A stretch of 64,000 nucleotides of DNA from Candidatus Paceibacter sp. (GTDB lineage Bacteria; Patescibacteriota; Minisyncoccia; UBA6257; 02-FULL-45-10c): contig DYGE01000005.1 of the NCBI GenBank assembly GCA_020724845.1, positions 6,116 through 70,115 of the forward strand. The letters run 5' to 3'. Positions within the stretch are counted from its first letter, which is position 1; each line of letters opens with the position of its first letter. The notes beneath the pieces were generated by a model. That model was not told the origin of the DNA, made no database searches, and saw nothing but the letters and a program-made list of their open reading frames with translations. The translations under genes and the position numbers were made by a program. This document shows, in pieces, positions 40,363 through 52,792 of this stretch.

Positions 40363-40976
40363 ATTGGAAAAAATTTATAAAACTTACCGTTGTAATCTAT
40401 ATAGCTGTCGGCTTCTTTCTAATCTTCGGGAAAACATCCTGGTTCCCGGAGTTTTATAATCCCCGCTTTATGGGCGGACTGGCTTTTGTCTCCGTTTTGC
40501 TTATGTTAGCGCCGCACTTTGTCTTTAATTCCAACGGGGAGCAAAGGCAGCAATCTGTTTTTCTCCTCCAAAAGGTAGTCACGGTAACAATGATACTGAA
40601 CGGGCTCGGCGGGCTAGGCCTCTATCAGCTTTATAGATTCGGATTTGAATATGATAAACTGATGCATTTCGTGGGCCCTATGCTTTTCACTGTCAGCGCC
40701 AGCTATCTATTGCACAGTTGGTACGCGACCGACATCAAAAAGTCGCTCGGGGCCGCAGTCATCATAGTCATGCTATTTGGCATTGGCTGGGAATTTTTTG
40801 AACTTTTCGCCGACCTATGGTTCGGTACGGAAACCTTAGGCCAGTACGGCCAGGGCATTCCTGAAGATACGGTTGTTGATATTATTATGAATTCCTTCGG
40901 AACTTTATCCGGAGCGCTTTGGATAATGTCAAAAAAAGAATTTTGGCATGACTCGGAAAATTCTCACAAAATTTGA
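40359..40976 (+). CDS. Integral membrane protein (DUF2238/VanZ-like)
   Basis: Several TMs with YDKLMHF, WEFFE and DT..DIIMN..G. Confidence 0.7.
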   Translation: MNWKKFIKLTVVIYIAVGFFLIFGKTSWFPEFYNPRFMGGLAFVSVLLMLAPHFVFNSNGEQRQQSVFLLQKVVTVTMILNGLGGLGLYQLYRFGFEYDKLMHFVGPMLFTVSASYLLHSWYATDIKKSLGAAVIIVMLFGIGWEFFELFADLWFGTETLGQYGQGIPEDTVVDIIMNSFGTLSGALWIMSKKEFWHDSENSHKI

Positions 40977-41033
40977 TTTTTTAGAGAGAAAAATCTATAA
41001 TCTAGCAAATCCTTTTAAGCCCAATAAGGGTTA

Positions 41034-41345
41034 ATGAGAAAGCACGGGCGTCGAACTTATATTGCAACCTATTGGCTGAAAACAACCATCCAGATCGCTC
41101 CTGGAATCGGCAGCGGAGACGAATGCCACAAACTGCCGGAGGAAGAAATAGCGGCCATTAGCGATGATAAGGCAATTGAGGGCGCTGAAACTAAAAGACA
41201 AGCGCTAGAAATCCTGGAAAACGCCGGAGAAAATCCTTATAACCTGGAAAAAAATGTGCTTTTGGTGAGTATCAAAGATAAGAGAAGCGGCCTAGAAATA
41301 TACAGCCGATTCACCGATCCGACCATAAACAAAACTTCGCGTTAG
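41034..41345 (+). CDS. Hypothetical protein
   Basis: 103-aa ORF ending in a terminator hairpin (41331-41356). Confidence 0.55.
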   Translation: MRKHGRRTYIATYWLKTTIQIAPGIGSGDECHKLPEEEIAAISDDKAIEGAETKRQALEILENAGENPYNLEKNVLLVSIKDKRSGLEIYSRFTDPTINKTSR

Positions 41346-41362
41346 CGAAGTTTTTTAATGAA

Positions 41363-42553
41363 CTAAAACATGAAAAGATACGGTTGAAAGAAGTCCGGGT
41401 AGGCCTTCACATAAGCACAAAAACAATAGATAAGACCGGAAACTATCAGGCCCAGCACCGCGTAAGCTCTAGCGCTTTTAATCGGGATCTCCCAGGGCTT
41501 AGTTAAGAGGTAGAGGACAAAGAAAGTCCCTCCGATTTTCTGCAGTTCGCCGATCCCGTAAACTGATCCGACAAAGAGCGCGGTAATGCCAGCGACGATG
41601 GTAACTATCTGTGAGAACACGTAATTCCGGCTTCCATCGTACCAGCGAGTAGAGCTGATGAGCAGCCCCAAATATCCGACAAAACTACCGAGGAAAAGCC
41701 CGCCATAACGGAATGATTCCAATGGACCAACTACCACTCCGGAAATCTGAAGCGCAACATAAACCGCCAGCACGGCAAAAGCCGCTATGGTGCCACGACC
41801 TAGCGCCGCCTCATCCTGGAATCCAATAAACGCGCAAAGCGGCAGCACCAACACGCTGAACCCCAGCGCGCACATCAGAGCAAGCACTCCGATAAAACCG
41901 ATTAGAGCGCTGTTATACCAGATAGCTACACCGCTCCAAACAACGAAAAGAATTGACCAGAAACTGACATAATTCTCTTTTAATTTATGGATCTCTCCGC
42001 TTAACAACAGCGAGGCGGCAAGAAGAATACAACCGGTAAAACCTACGTAGGGGGCCGTACCCGGGCCAAATTCATAACCTTGGAAAATCAAGCCAAAGCT
42101 TAGCACATAAAGCATAACCTCCCAGACCTCTTTAGGAATGGCCGTAAGCATATTAACTATAAAATCTCCTATCAAATATACTCCGCAGCCGACAACTCCA
42201 AAAATTGCCAACACCCAAAGAATGTTAGTAAAGGTAATAAAACCAGCAGCCTTCTGAAGAAGAGTGAGCTGATTAGCAGTTTGGGAGTCGGCATCCTGGC
42301 CGGCAAGAAGATCCTGTAAGCTGATTGGCTTGCCAGCTACCTTCGACGCTTGCTTAAGATATCGCTCTGTCCCCTGCTCCGCCTGCATGGATGAAACAAC
42401 CCCGTCCTTTACAAGCTCATGCAGAGCCGAAACTTTTGTCCTGATAGCAGCAAGATCATTTGTTTGCTTAGCAGAAAATTCCGTCGTATTGGCAAAAGCC
42501 AAACCAACGGTCAAAGACCAAAGCGCCGCGGCAATTACTAGCGCCCGTTTCAT
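41363..42553 (-). CDS. Hypothetical multi-pass membrane protein with signal peptide
   Basis: AFA-N cleavage-like site, ~80-aa soluble region, ~10 TM segments; AGGAG upstream. Confidence 0.8.
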   Translation of the reverse strand: MKRALVIAAALWSLTVGLAFANTTEFSAKQTNDLAAIRTKVSALHELVKDGVVSSMQAEQGTERYLKQASKVAGKPISLQDLLAGQDADSQTANQLTLLQKAAGFITFTNILWVLAIFGVVGCGVYLIGDFIVNMLTAIPKEVWEVMLYVLSFGLIFQGYEFGPGTAPYVGFTGCILLAASLLLSGEIHKLKENYVSFWSILFVVWSGVAIWYNSALIGFIGVLALMCALGFSVLVLPLCAFIGFQDEAALGRGTIAAFAVLAVYVALQISGVVVGPLESFRYGGLFLGSFVGYLGLLISSTRWYDGSRNYVFSQIVTIVAGITALFVGSVYGIGELQKIGGTFFVLYLLTKPWEIPIKSARAYAVLGLIVSGLIYCFCAYVKAYPDFFQPYLFMF

Positions 42554-42704
42554 TTCTCTTACTCCTGTCCCGAGATTTCAATGTGCATCTGCGTTATATA
42601 ATATCCAAGAACAAGCAAAAGTCAACCCTGGATAAAATATGTTTTAAAAATAAAAAGGCGCCCCAACACGTTGTTGGGGCGCTGCTGGCCTTGGACCAGC
42701 CGGG

Positions 42705-42971
42705 CTACGGGAGAACGAACCCTTCCATCTCCTGCTTGATCAGCGAGGGGATGGATTGCTTCATCCTCTCCTCGTAGTGCTTCGTGATCTGGTCGTTCTT
42801 CTCGGGGTAGCCGTTGGTGTACCAGCGATCTCCCTTACGGACCAGGTGCGCCGTGACCGTCTGGGAGTTGCCCTTGAACCGGAACGTCACCTGCGCCCGG
42901 CGACCGTTCCGAGAACGGCTGATCACCTGCGCGACTTCCAACACCGGCACTTCCGCGGTTTGGCCTTTCAT
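42705..42971 (-). CDS. Hypothetical small protein, visibly higher GC than its neighbours
   Basis: AAGGAGG upstream, terminator at 42652-42682 downstream, strong G/C third-position bias. Confidence 0.65.
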   Translation of the reverse strand: MKGQTAEVPVLEVAQVISRSRNGRRAQVTFRFKGNSQTVTAHLVRKGDRWYTNGYPEKNDQITKHYEERMKQSIPSLIKQEMEGFVLP

Positions 42972-43052
42972 CTTTCATCCCTCCTTGGGGTTTACAGATT
43001 GCACCGGTACATCATGGTGCTGACTAAATGCTAGCACATTTTATTGCTTTTG

Positions 43053-43394
43053 TCAAGAAGGAGGATTCCTATACAAAAGGTCGAAGCAAAATGATCCGGT
43101 TAAATGGCGCAGCAAACAGTGATGAAAGGCATCTGATAAGATCAAAGCCCATCCAATACAAGATAGCGCCATGCCGGCAATACCGCCAATCCCCAGATAA
43201 TAACAAAGCAGTAATATCACCGCGCCAACGTAACCATGATGAATTCTTACGCCAAAAGTATACTCGCCAATGAACGTAGTATCTTTCGCGCTTTCCTTGC
43301 CCAGCACGAAACGGAGAAAGCAAGTTGCCAATTCAATGATTATGGCCAAAAGGAAAGTTGCGACAACAATAACTCCGGCGGTCAGCTCTACCAC
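43053..43394 (-). CDS. Hypothetical small membrane protein
   Basis: Three hydrophobic segments with RIHHGY and SDAFHH histidine pairs. Confidence 0.6.
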   Translation of the reverse strand: MVELTAGVIVVATFLLAIIIELATCFLRFVLGKESAKDTTFIGEYTFGVRIHHGYVGAVILLLCYYLGIGGIAGMALSCIGWALILSDAFHHCLLRHLTGSFCFDLLYRNPPS

Positions 43395-43500
43395 GGCAGG
43401 CTCCTAGATCAACTTTTGAACAAGCTTATTATATTTTAAAATATAATTGCAGCATTGTGAACCTTTTCGGGAAAGCTTTAGTTTTCCTGACTCACTTTTT

Positions 43501-43576
43501 GTTCAAATCCGGTCGCAAAAATAAAAATTGGACTTAAGTCCAATTTTTATTTTTGCGGGCGCGACCGGATTTGAAC
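43501..43576. repeat. Long hairpin made by an inverted copy of the tRNA-Asp 3' end and trailer
   Basis: gttcaaatccggtc-gc-aaaaataaaaattggact pairs with agtccaatttttattttt-gc-[gggcgc]-gaccggatttgaac. Confidence 0.85.
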
Positions 43577-43630
43577 CGGCGGTCTCCTCCGTGACAGGGA
43601 GGCGTGTTAACCAGGCTACACCACGCGCCC
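43556..43630 (-). tRNA. tRNA-Asp (GTC)
   Basis: GGGCGCG acceptor stem, CTGTCAC loop, GGTTCAAATCC, G73; CCA not encoded. Confidence 0.95.
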
Positions 43631-43667
43631 ATATTTAAAAAAGCATAAGCTAAACCGAAGCCAATGT

Positions 43668-44198
43668 CTACTCCCTAATCAGGTTCAACTCCTTGAAAGA
43701 CTGCTGATAAATACTTATCACCTCTTTAGCTTCCTCGTGAGTGATTTCATAAGTCGGGTCTTTAGCAATCCGGTCGCGGACCACATGGGCGTTTTTCACG
43801 TCGTCAACATTCGCTAATTGCGCCGGCGTTATTAATTCCAGCTTTTCCTCCATTCTAATCCCGAGGTAACCGGACATTTTGAGAATTTCATCCAGAATAT
43901 GATCAGCTTCCAAGATGGCGAGCTTCCATTGGCTTTGTTCCTCGGATTCCATTCTCTTTTGTATTTGCTTCCAGGCGCGGAGCGATCGCCTGCGAGAAAC
44001 GCGCCCCCCTCCGAGCACATCCAAGAATTGCTCCCGCTTTGTCTCTAAATAATTGGTTTTATTGATTATATAGACTATCCCCCACAAAAAAAGGGCTGAC
44101 AAAAGCAGCGAGACTATCTCCAGCCACCAAAGGTTGGGCTCAAGATAGCCGCCAAAAAAATCTCTGATCGGATAGATAATATCCAAAAGGAGCTCCAT
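43668..44198 (-). CDS. Hypothetical single-TM protein coupled to gatA
   Basis: TM followed by WKLAILEAD..LD...AHVVRD.IA helical domain; 3 nt after the gatA stop. Confidence 0.75.
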   Translation of the reverse strand: MELLLDIIYPIRDFFGGYLEPNLWWLEIVSLLLSALFLWGIVYIINKTNYLETKREQFLDVLGGGRVSRRRSLRAWKQIQKRMESEEQSQWKLAILEADHILDEILKMSGYLGIRMEEKLELITPAQLANVDDVKNAHVVRDRIAKDPTYEITHEEAKEVISIYQQSFKELNLIRE

Positions 44199-44201
44199 AA
44201 A

Positions 44202-45641
44202 CTAATTATACAGCTTTTCGTAGAATTGGCCGATGCCCAAAATGTCCGCCTCTCGGAAACGGCGGCCGATGAGCTGAAAACCGACCGGCAACCCAGTCCG
44301 CTTTTTCACCGGTATAGAAAGGGCCGGCAAGCCGGCAAGATTAACCGGTATAGTAAAAATATCGGAAAGATACATCTCTAGAGGATCGGCTGATTTTTCT
44401 CCTATTTTAAAGGCGCGAGTCGGGGTAACCGGAGTCGCAATCACATCTACCTCTTTAAAGGCCTCGTCAAAATCCCTCTTGATGAGCTGTCGCACCTTTT
44501 GAGCTTTGGAATAATAGGCGTCATAGTAACCGGAAGAGAGAACAAAATTGCCCAATAATATTCTCCTCTTCGGCTCCGCGCCGAAACCAGCCTCCCGATT
44601 TTTACGATACAAATCCAGAAGACTGCCGGCTTTGTGCCTAGTGCCGTATCTTATGCCATCAAACCTCTCCAGGTTGGAGCTGGCCTCCGCGGGCATAATT
44701 ATGTAATAACAAGAGAGAGCGTATTTTGTGTGAGGCAATCGAATTTTCTTAATTTCCAAACCCAAGCTTTTTATATCATTTATAACCCTTTCCACTTCCG
44801 CAGAAACTCCCTTATCAAGGCCTTCAATAAAGTATTCTTCAGGAATTCCGATTTTCAATTTTTTAATATTTTCCAGTTTTGGATTGAGCAAATCTTCCAA
44901 AGAATAATCAACATCGGCGCTAGTGGCATCAAGATCATCTTTCCCACGTATCTCATTAAATAAAATTGCAGCATCCTCAACCGTCTTGGTTAACGGCCCG
45001 ATCTGATCCAAACTGGAAGCCAAAGCAATCAGCCCATGCCGGGAAACCGATCCATAAGTAGGCTTTAATCCAACTACCCCGCAAAAAGCTGCCGGCTGGC
45101 GGATTGAGCCTCCCGTATCGGACCCCAAAGCCGCGACCGCCATATGATCCGCCACTGCCGCAGTTGATCCGCTGGAAGATCCGCCCGGAACTCTCTCCAA
45201 GTCTTTAGGATTCTTGGTAATCTTAAATCCGGAATTTTCTCCGGATGATCCCATTGCAAACTCATCCAGATTGGTTTTGCCCAAAATAACCGCGCCGGCA
45301 TCCTTTAATCTTTTGGATACCGTTGAGTCATAGCTCGCCGTGTAATCTTTCAAAATTTTTGACCCAGCGGTGGCCGGCAGTCCCTCAACAAGAATATTGT
45401 CTTTCAGGGCTATAGGTATTCCCGTCAATTTAGTCACTTTCTCATTCTTGGCTATTTTGATATCCGCCGCCTCTGCCTGCTTAATTGCAAAATCTTTATT
45501 TAAACTCAAATAAGCGCCAATTTCGGAATCCCTTTTTTCTATCCAGTCATATGTAGCTTGAGTTATTTCAAGCGCCGAAAAATCTTTTTTTAGCAACCCT
45601 TCGTGGAATTTTTTGATTGTTAGATCGTGTAAGTGTGCCAT
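44202..45641 (-). CDS. gatA: Asp/Glu-tRNA amidotransferase subunit A
   Basis: KDNI, GKTNLDEFAMGSS, PGGSSSGS, GSDTGGSIRQPA, SGYYDAYY. Confidence 0.98.
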   Translation of the reverse strand: MAHLHDLTIKKFHEGLLKKDFSALEITQATYDWIEKRDSEIGAYLSLNKDFAIKQAEAADIKIAKNEKVTKLTGIPIALKDNILVEGLPATAGSKILKDYTASYDSTVSKRLKDAGAVILGKTNLDEFAMGSSGENSGFKITKNPKDLERVPGGSSSGSTAAVADHMAVAALGSDTGGSIRQPAAFCGVVGLKPTYGSVSRHGLIALASSLDQIGPLTKTVEDAAILFNEIRGKDDLDATSADVDYSLEDLLNPKLENIKKLKIGIPEEYFIEGLDKGVSAEVERVINDIKSLGLEIKKIRLPHTKYALSCYYIIMPAEASSNLERFDGIRYGTRHKAGSLLDLYRKNREAGFGAEPKRRILLGNFVLSSGYYDAYYSKAQKVRQLIKRDFDEAFKEVDVIATPVTPTRAFKIGEKSADPLEMYLSDIFTIPVNLAGLPALSIPVKKRTGLPVGFQLIGRRFREADILGIGQFYEKLYN

Positions 45642-45726
45642 GTTTATCTAAATTTTTAAGCTCATGCGTAACGAAGAAAATTTAGCTACAAACATGAGCA
45701 TCCCGCCGTAGCGAGGCTCCTTTAAC

Positions 45727-46029
45727 TCAAAAAACTGGGGGAACTTTTAAATAGCCGCCTTTATTTTCCGGAAATTGCCCGGGTCCCCTGGCCGGGTAGG
45801 CTTTTCCGGTATCATCGGTTTTTCCCGGCATATCTTCTCTTACGACATTTTTATTATCGGTTCCTCCTGTCATTGGCTCAACATTCTCCGTATCCAATTC
45901 TTGCAGTTCTTTAAAATAATTCAGGATTTCCTCCAAGTCTTTTAAGAGCTTAGCCTCTTCGCTCTCCTTAAGCTCTATACGGGACAGCTCGGCCAAATGC
46001 TCCAAGTCTTTTTTATTAATATCCGCCAT
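45727..46029 (-). CDS. gatC: Asp/Glu-tRNA amidotransferase subunit C
   Basis: HLAELSRI, ILNYF..LQELDTENVEPM, VRED, YLKVP. Start set to ATG 46029. Confidence 0.93.
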   Translation of the reverse strand: MADINKKDLEHLAELSRIELKESEEAKLLKDLEEILNYFKELQELDTENVEPMTGGTDNKNVVREDMPGKTDDTGKAYPARGPGQFPENKGGYLKVPPVF

Positions 46030-46087
46030 ACGTATAGTATAAATTAATTTAAACAAAAAAAAAGATCCACGAAGGGATCTTGGTGGC

Positions 46088-46600
46088 TTAGAAAGCCAAA
46101 TGGGCCTGCTCCTCTTTTCTCAATTCCATTTTCATATAAGCAAGATCGTTAAGTCCTACAAAAAGAAGATCTTCAACCAAAATTTGATATAAGCCCATTC
46201 TGCTCCTCAAATTAAAATCACTATCCGCACTGCCCATCTGATATCCTAATTCCTTGCCAACTTCTCTCAATATCTTCTTAGAAAATTTATTTCTCTTCAA
46301 TAACCAGGTGGTCTCCGTCATTTGCTTCATCAATCTCTCACATCGGTCATTGGAAATTTCCAATTCCACAGAACTCAATCTGCCACCCCTCCGCAAAATA
46401 TCAACGTTATCTTTTACGTATCTGTAATCATCAATTTGAAGAAGAATCTTCCTGGAAAGATCAGGGGTTAGCTTGGGATTCTTGGAATGAATCTTTTCTT
46501 CTATATCTTTAACCAATAGGCCGGCAACCCTGGAATAATCCAGAGAATGACCGAGGGAAGGGATAATAGTTATCGCGAAAATAAGCAATGCCTTTTTCAT
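46088..46600 (-). CDS. Hypothetical secreted protein
   Basis: Signal-peptide-like MKKALLIFAITII; AAGGAGG upstream; terminator at 46056-46081. Confidence 0.7.
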   Translation of the reverse strand: MKKALLIFAITIIPSLGHSLDYSRVAGLLVKDIEEKIHSKNPKLTPDLSRKILLQIDDYRYVKDNVDILRRGGRLSSVELEISNDRCERLMKQMTETTWLLKRNKFSKKILREVGKELGYQMGSADSDFNLRSRMGLYQILVEDLLFVGLNDLAYMKMELRKEEQAHLAF

Positions 46601-46694
46601 GCTACCCTCCTTTTTTGACTTTACAAGGTTGTCAGGCCGAGTTGCTGACCATAAATTAACACAAAATTAAATAATTTACAAATCTAACGCGCTA

Positions 46695-48758
<2,064 letters not shown>

Positions 48759-48808
48759 TCAAATATCGAAACCCGAAACAATGACTAAATCCAAAAATTT
48801 AAGGATTT

Positions 48809-49180
48809 CTAATCTAGGGTGATTTCAAACGCTCTCGCGTTTTGCAGAGATTGTCCGGTTGATTTGATTACGACGCGCGAAGCCCCGCCTCCCAAATCTT
48901 CAAGCGTGCAGGTAGTTTGAAATGAAGAATTATTCTGCATAGAAGGCTCGGGGCAAGCAACACCGTCAGGGCAATCATTGCATATCTGGTCATCACTATA
49001 AAATTTATAAAGCCGCCACTCCAATCCGGAATCAGCCGCATAAATTGCCTTGGTGGAATTTACGATATCGGTTGACTGCCTGATTTGGTAAAGCATCAAA
49101 AGCCCGGCGATGGTTGTTGCGCCAAGTATAGTCCCTGACAAAGCTAAAACTGTTATAAGCATTACTTGCCCACTTCTCAT
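48809..49180 (-). CDS. PilX-like minor pilin
   Basis: RSG|QVMLIT leader without Glu5, hydrophobic helix, AIYAADSGLE motif, IKSTG...RAFE. Start set to ATG 49180. Confidence 0.75.
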   Translation of the reverse strand: MRSGQVMLITVLALSGTILGATTIAGLLMLYQIRQSTDIVNSTKAIYAADSGLEWRLYKFYSDDQICNDCPDGVACPEPSMQNNSSFQTTCTLEDLGGGASRVVIKSTGQSLQNARAFEITLD

Positions 49181-49205
49181 ATATATAAATGATAGCAAAA
49201 AACGC

Positions 49206-52200
49206 TTACGGCCTCACTTCTTCAATTCCTCCGGGAGTGGTAGTTGCCTGGAAATTCTTTTTATTGAAAGTAGCTGTGGCTGTTTTCGGAGCATCCATAT
49301 TCAGGATACATTGGCTGGTTCCCGCGCAAGATCCAGTCCATCCGGCGAATTCTGAATCTCCGCTTGGGCTGGCAGTTAAAGTCACGATTGTCCCGGTTGA
49401 ATAATCTTCTGTACAATCCGATCCGCAATTAATGCCTGTGGGATTGGATGTTACCGTGCCGGTGCCATCTCCAGTTTTCGTAACCTGCAAAGCCGCTGTT
49501 TCCGGATCAAATACTGCCGTGACAGATTTAGGAGAGCTCATATCCAAATCGCAAGATGGATTAGTCCCATAGCCGCTGCAATCCCCGAGCCAACCGCCAA
49601 AAACCGACCCGCTAAATGACGAGGCGGTTAAGGTAATAGTTCCCGTCAATTCCGACTCAAAACAATCAAGTCCGCAATTAATGCCGGGACCGGTTACTAC
49701 ACCATCTCCGATTCCGGTGCGCGCAACATTAAGGGTTACCGGATCAAAATGCGCTTCAACCGATTTAGATTCGTCCATGGTCAGCGTACATGGTTCGGTT
49801 CCCGTGCATGCGCCCGACCAACTATTGCCAAACCAGGATCCCGGAGCCGGGTTGGCAAATAAAGTATAAGTATCGCCGGTAACATAATTTGTTGTAGCGG
49901 ATGGACAAGTTAAACCGCAGTTAATTCCAGTACCGGTTACGGTTCCATTACCGTTTCCGGTTTTAGCTATATTAATTGATGGACCGTTACCAACTAAAGA
50001 TTGAGTAGAATATATTACTCCACCATAACCAACATCGCTACTCACCGGATATTTATTTCCATCTTTAATATTGTTCAAGTAATAAGATACGGACTTTACC
50101 CAATAACCATTATATATGTAACCATTGTTAACTACATATGCACACTTAGATTCTTCTAATGGATTGCCGTTACCCATGACCCTCGTTCGTTTCCCTAATT
50201 GACCAGTTCTTGATAACCATTCATTACAGGATTCTCCAAAATTACCTTCCCCAGCAGTATCAGTCCAAGTTCCTGAAAGATGCGGCGGCACAACACCAAC
50301 CTCTTCACTAAAAGCGCTATCTCCCGCAGAATTTTCTGCCACTATCTTAAAATTCCAAGTTCCTGGGGGATTTAATTGATCGCTATAAAAATACTGATTG
50401 TATGAAAACACAATCCCATGATTTCCAGCCCATTCTCCATTGCGATAAAGCTTATAGTTCGTAATCGCCAATCCGCCATTATCCGCCGGCGCTTCCCAGG
50501 TTACCGTAATCTAGCCCTGATTTGGTCCCGGCACCGCGCTTACATTTCTCGGAACATCTGGCACTGTATTCGGCATCGCGCTCGCTTCATTACTCAAAGG
50601 ACTTTCCCCGCTTGCGGTTACTGCGGAAATTTTATAGTAAAAATTTTTCCTATTGGAATAAGCGGATCCGATATTATCCGCATAGGACGTAGTATTTCCT
50701 ACAGTTGTTAATAATGTTTCCTGCCCCGAAACTTCGCTCCTGTAAATTTTATAGTTCGTAACTTCAGATCCTACGGAGTTCCAATTCAAAATCACTTGAC
50801 CATTTCCAGGAGAAGCGCTAAGTGTCGGGGCAGATGGAATAGCAACTTTTACCTCATTACTAAAACCGCTTTCCTCATCGGGATTAGAACCTCTTACTTT
50901 ATAATAGTATGTGTTCCCGCTTGCTATCGTGCTATCGCTATAACTATACGTACTGCCGCTGATAGTCTCTAAAAGAGTTTCGCCGCTAGTAATAGTATCC
51001 CTATATATTTTATAATCGGCCACGGGCGCGCCTGAGGGCTGCCAATTTAACACCACGACTCCATCCACGAACGAAGAAGAAAGGTTTTTAGGAGAATCTA
51101 ATCCTATCTCTACACAATAAAGCCGATTTGAGTTATCACAACCATTAGAGTCTGAATAATGCGACCACCTACTGTCTTGGAAATTAATACCTCCTTTAAT
51201 GGGCTTATAGCTGAGCCATCCATGATAATAAAATGAATTAGAGGTCCAATTTGAACAATGACCTCGAGAATTGATAGAGGCAATACTGCCATTTGAGTTT
51301 GTGTTAGTAAAAGCTAATCCACTAGAAATTTCATTTCCAATTTCATCCCTATTAATAGGAGAATTTAACGAACCATCAAGCAAATCATTCCAATTTTCAG
51401 CAACAAGTAAGCCATTTGTTAAATTATAAGATTTTTGAGATTCAGAGTTTGGAATTCTTGAAGCGGCCGAAATCGAACCGTCGCTAAGCCATGCCCTGAA
51501 AAAGCCGTTCATTCCAGCGGAATTGGCTCTTTGTTGACATATCGCGTCAGCGCCATCTAAACCGCCAAGATTGCCATTATGTGAAGTGCTCGTAACAAAT
51601 ACCCTAAAAGAATTAGCAGTGCTTATCGCTGCGACTTCGTTGCTAAGGTCGCTTTCACCAACACTATTTACAGCAGACACTTTGTAATAATAATTTTTAT
51701 TTGGGTCTAAATTGATGTCGGTATAGCTTAAATTATCCCCTACAGTCGTTAATAATGTTTCCTGTTCTGAGACTTCGCTTCTGTAAATTTTGTAATTGGT
51801 AATTTCTAACCCGCCATCAAAATCCGGCATATCCCAGCTTAAAAATAATTGTAAGTCAGTTCTATTAATAGATAAGTTTAATGGTGCGTTTGGTTTAACT
51901 GGGGGCTGTTCGAAGCAATACAATGGCAATGTAGCTCCGCAATAATAATTAGCACCATAACTCCAAGCATTGGGATAAGTAGTATTGAAAAATCCTACAT
52001 TTTCCCTTTCCCACCAGCTATTTGAAGTCCAGTTATTACAGAAGCTGGTTGCAAAAGCATTTTTTTCTCCGTTTGCAAGGGTATTTGTTCTAACTCTAGG
52101 TCCATAAGGTGTACCTGAAATTAGGCTACCAAATTCAGTTATATTAATAGGTGAATTAATTGTTCCATCGGTTAGATCTTGCCAATCATTAGCAATAATA

Positions 52201-52466
52201 GTCCCATCCAACAACGTATAAGGAATGCTCTGTTTTATGAATCTTTCACTAACAGAAAAGCTGGAATTACTTAACCACGCCTTCCACGAACCTCCTATTT
52301 CGGCCACATCAGCGCGGGATTGACATTTAGCATCGGCCCCAGACAAATCACCTAAATTACCATCGTAAAATGTACTAGTAATAAAAACTCTATTCGCTTC
52401 CTGCGCATGGGCAGTCCCGAACAAGAGTGTCGCCGCAAAAATAATTAAAATATAAAATTTTTTCAT
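49206..52466 (-). pseudogene. ~1086-codon secreted adhesin-like gene (2x DUF1554/endostatin-like, 4x FN3, 3x Cys-containing repeats, EVRP tail) broken by one in-frame TAG at 50511-50513
   Basis: Track ORFs 50511..52466 and 49206..50471 share a frame. Reading through gives PDVPRNVSAVPGPNQG*ITVTWEAPADNGGLAITNYKLYR, one continuous FN3 domain. Confidence 0.85.
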
Positions 52467-52467
52467 C

Positions 52468-52746
52468 TTATAAATTACATCTTTCCCTTAATTGCACATA
52501 CTCTTCATCATTTTCCAAATCAATGACCTCGGGGCTATGCAGCAAATTCATCAATCGCGGACTGGCATTAGTATCAAAACATTCTTTCCTTCTTTCTATA
52601 ATTTGATTCATTATTCCACCGATAATTCTTCCGGGCCGAATCCCCTCATCGGATTGCCGAAGATTGATAAACCAATAAAGCCAAGCCGTCAATAAAAAAA
52701 TAGTGATTAGCAAAGTCGCGGATATTAACAAAAGCTTTTTGCTCAT
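52468..52746 (-). CDS. Small single-TM protein (MSKK type), partner of the adhesin-like gene
   Basis: MSKK plus TM ending LYWF..RQ; stop 1 nt before the next ATG. Confidence 0.75.
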   Translation of the reverse strand: MSKKLLLISATLLITIFLLTAWLYWFINLRQSDEGIRPGRIIGGIMNQIIERRKECFDTNASPRLMNLLHSPEVIDLENDEEYVQLRERCNL

Positions 52747-52762
52747 TACTAAAATAATATCA

Positions 52763-52792
52763 TAAAAAATACCCTGTTTACAGGGTATTTTT
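52763..52792 (-). terminator. Terminator between the two EVRP modules
   Basis: aaaaataccctgt-tt-acagggtattttt. Confidence 0.7.

Noticed and set aside
39344-43555. Prophage or integrative element between tRNA-fMet and tRNA-Asp
   Set aside because: No integrase or phage genes, and the tRNA 3' duplications are inverted rather than direct.
50511-50513. Genome-wide stop-codon reassignment
   Set aside because: TAG ends smc, rplK and gatA and TGA ends pheS and gatC at their expected C-termini; conserved genes are uninterrupted in code 11.
51100-52400. Diversity-generating retroelement targeting the lectin-like DUF1554 domains
   Set aside because: No reverse transcriptase and no near-identical template/variable repeat pair differing at adenines; the two domains are broadly diverged.
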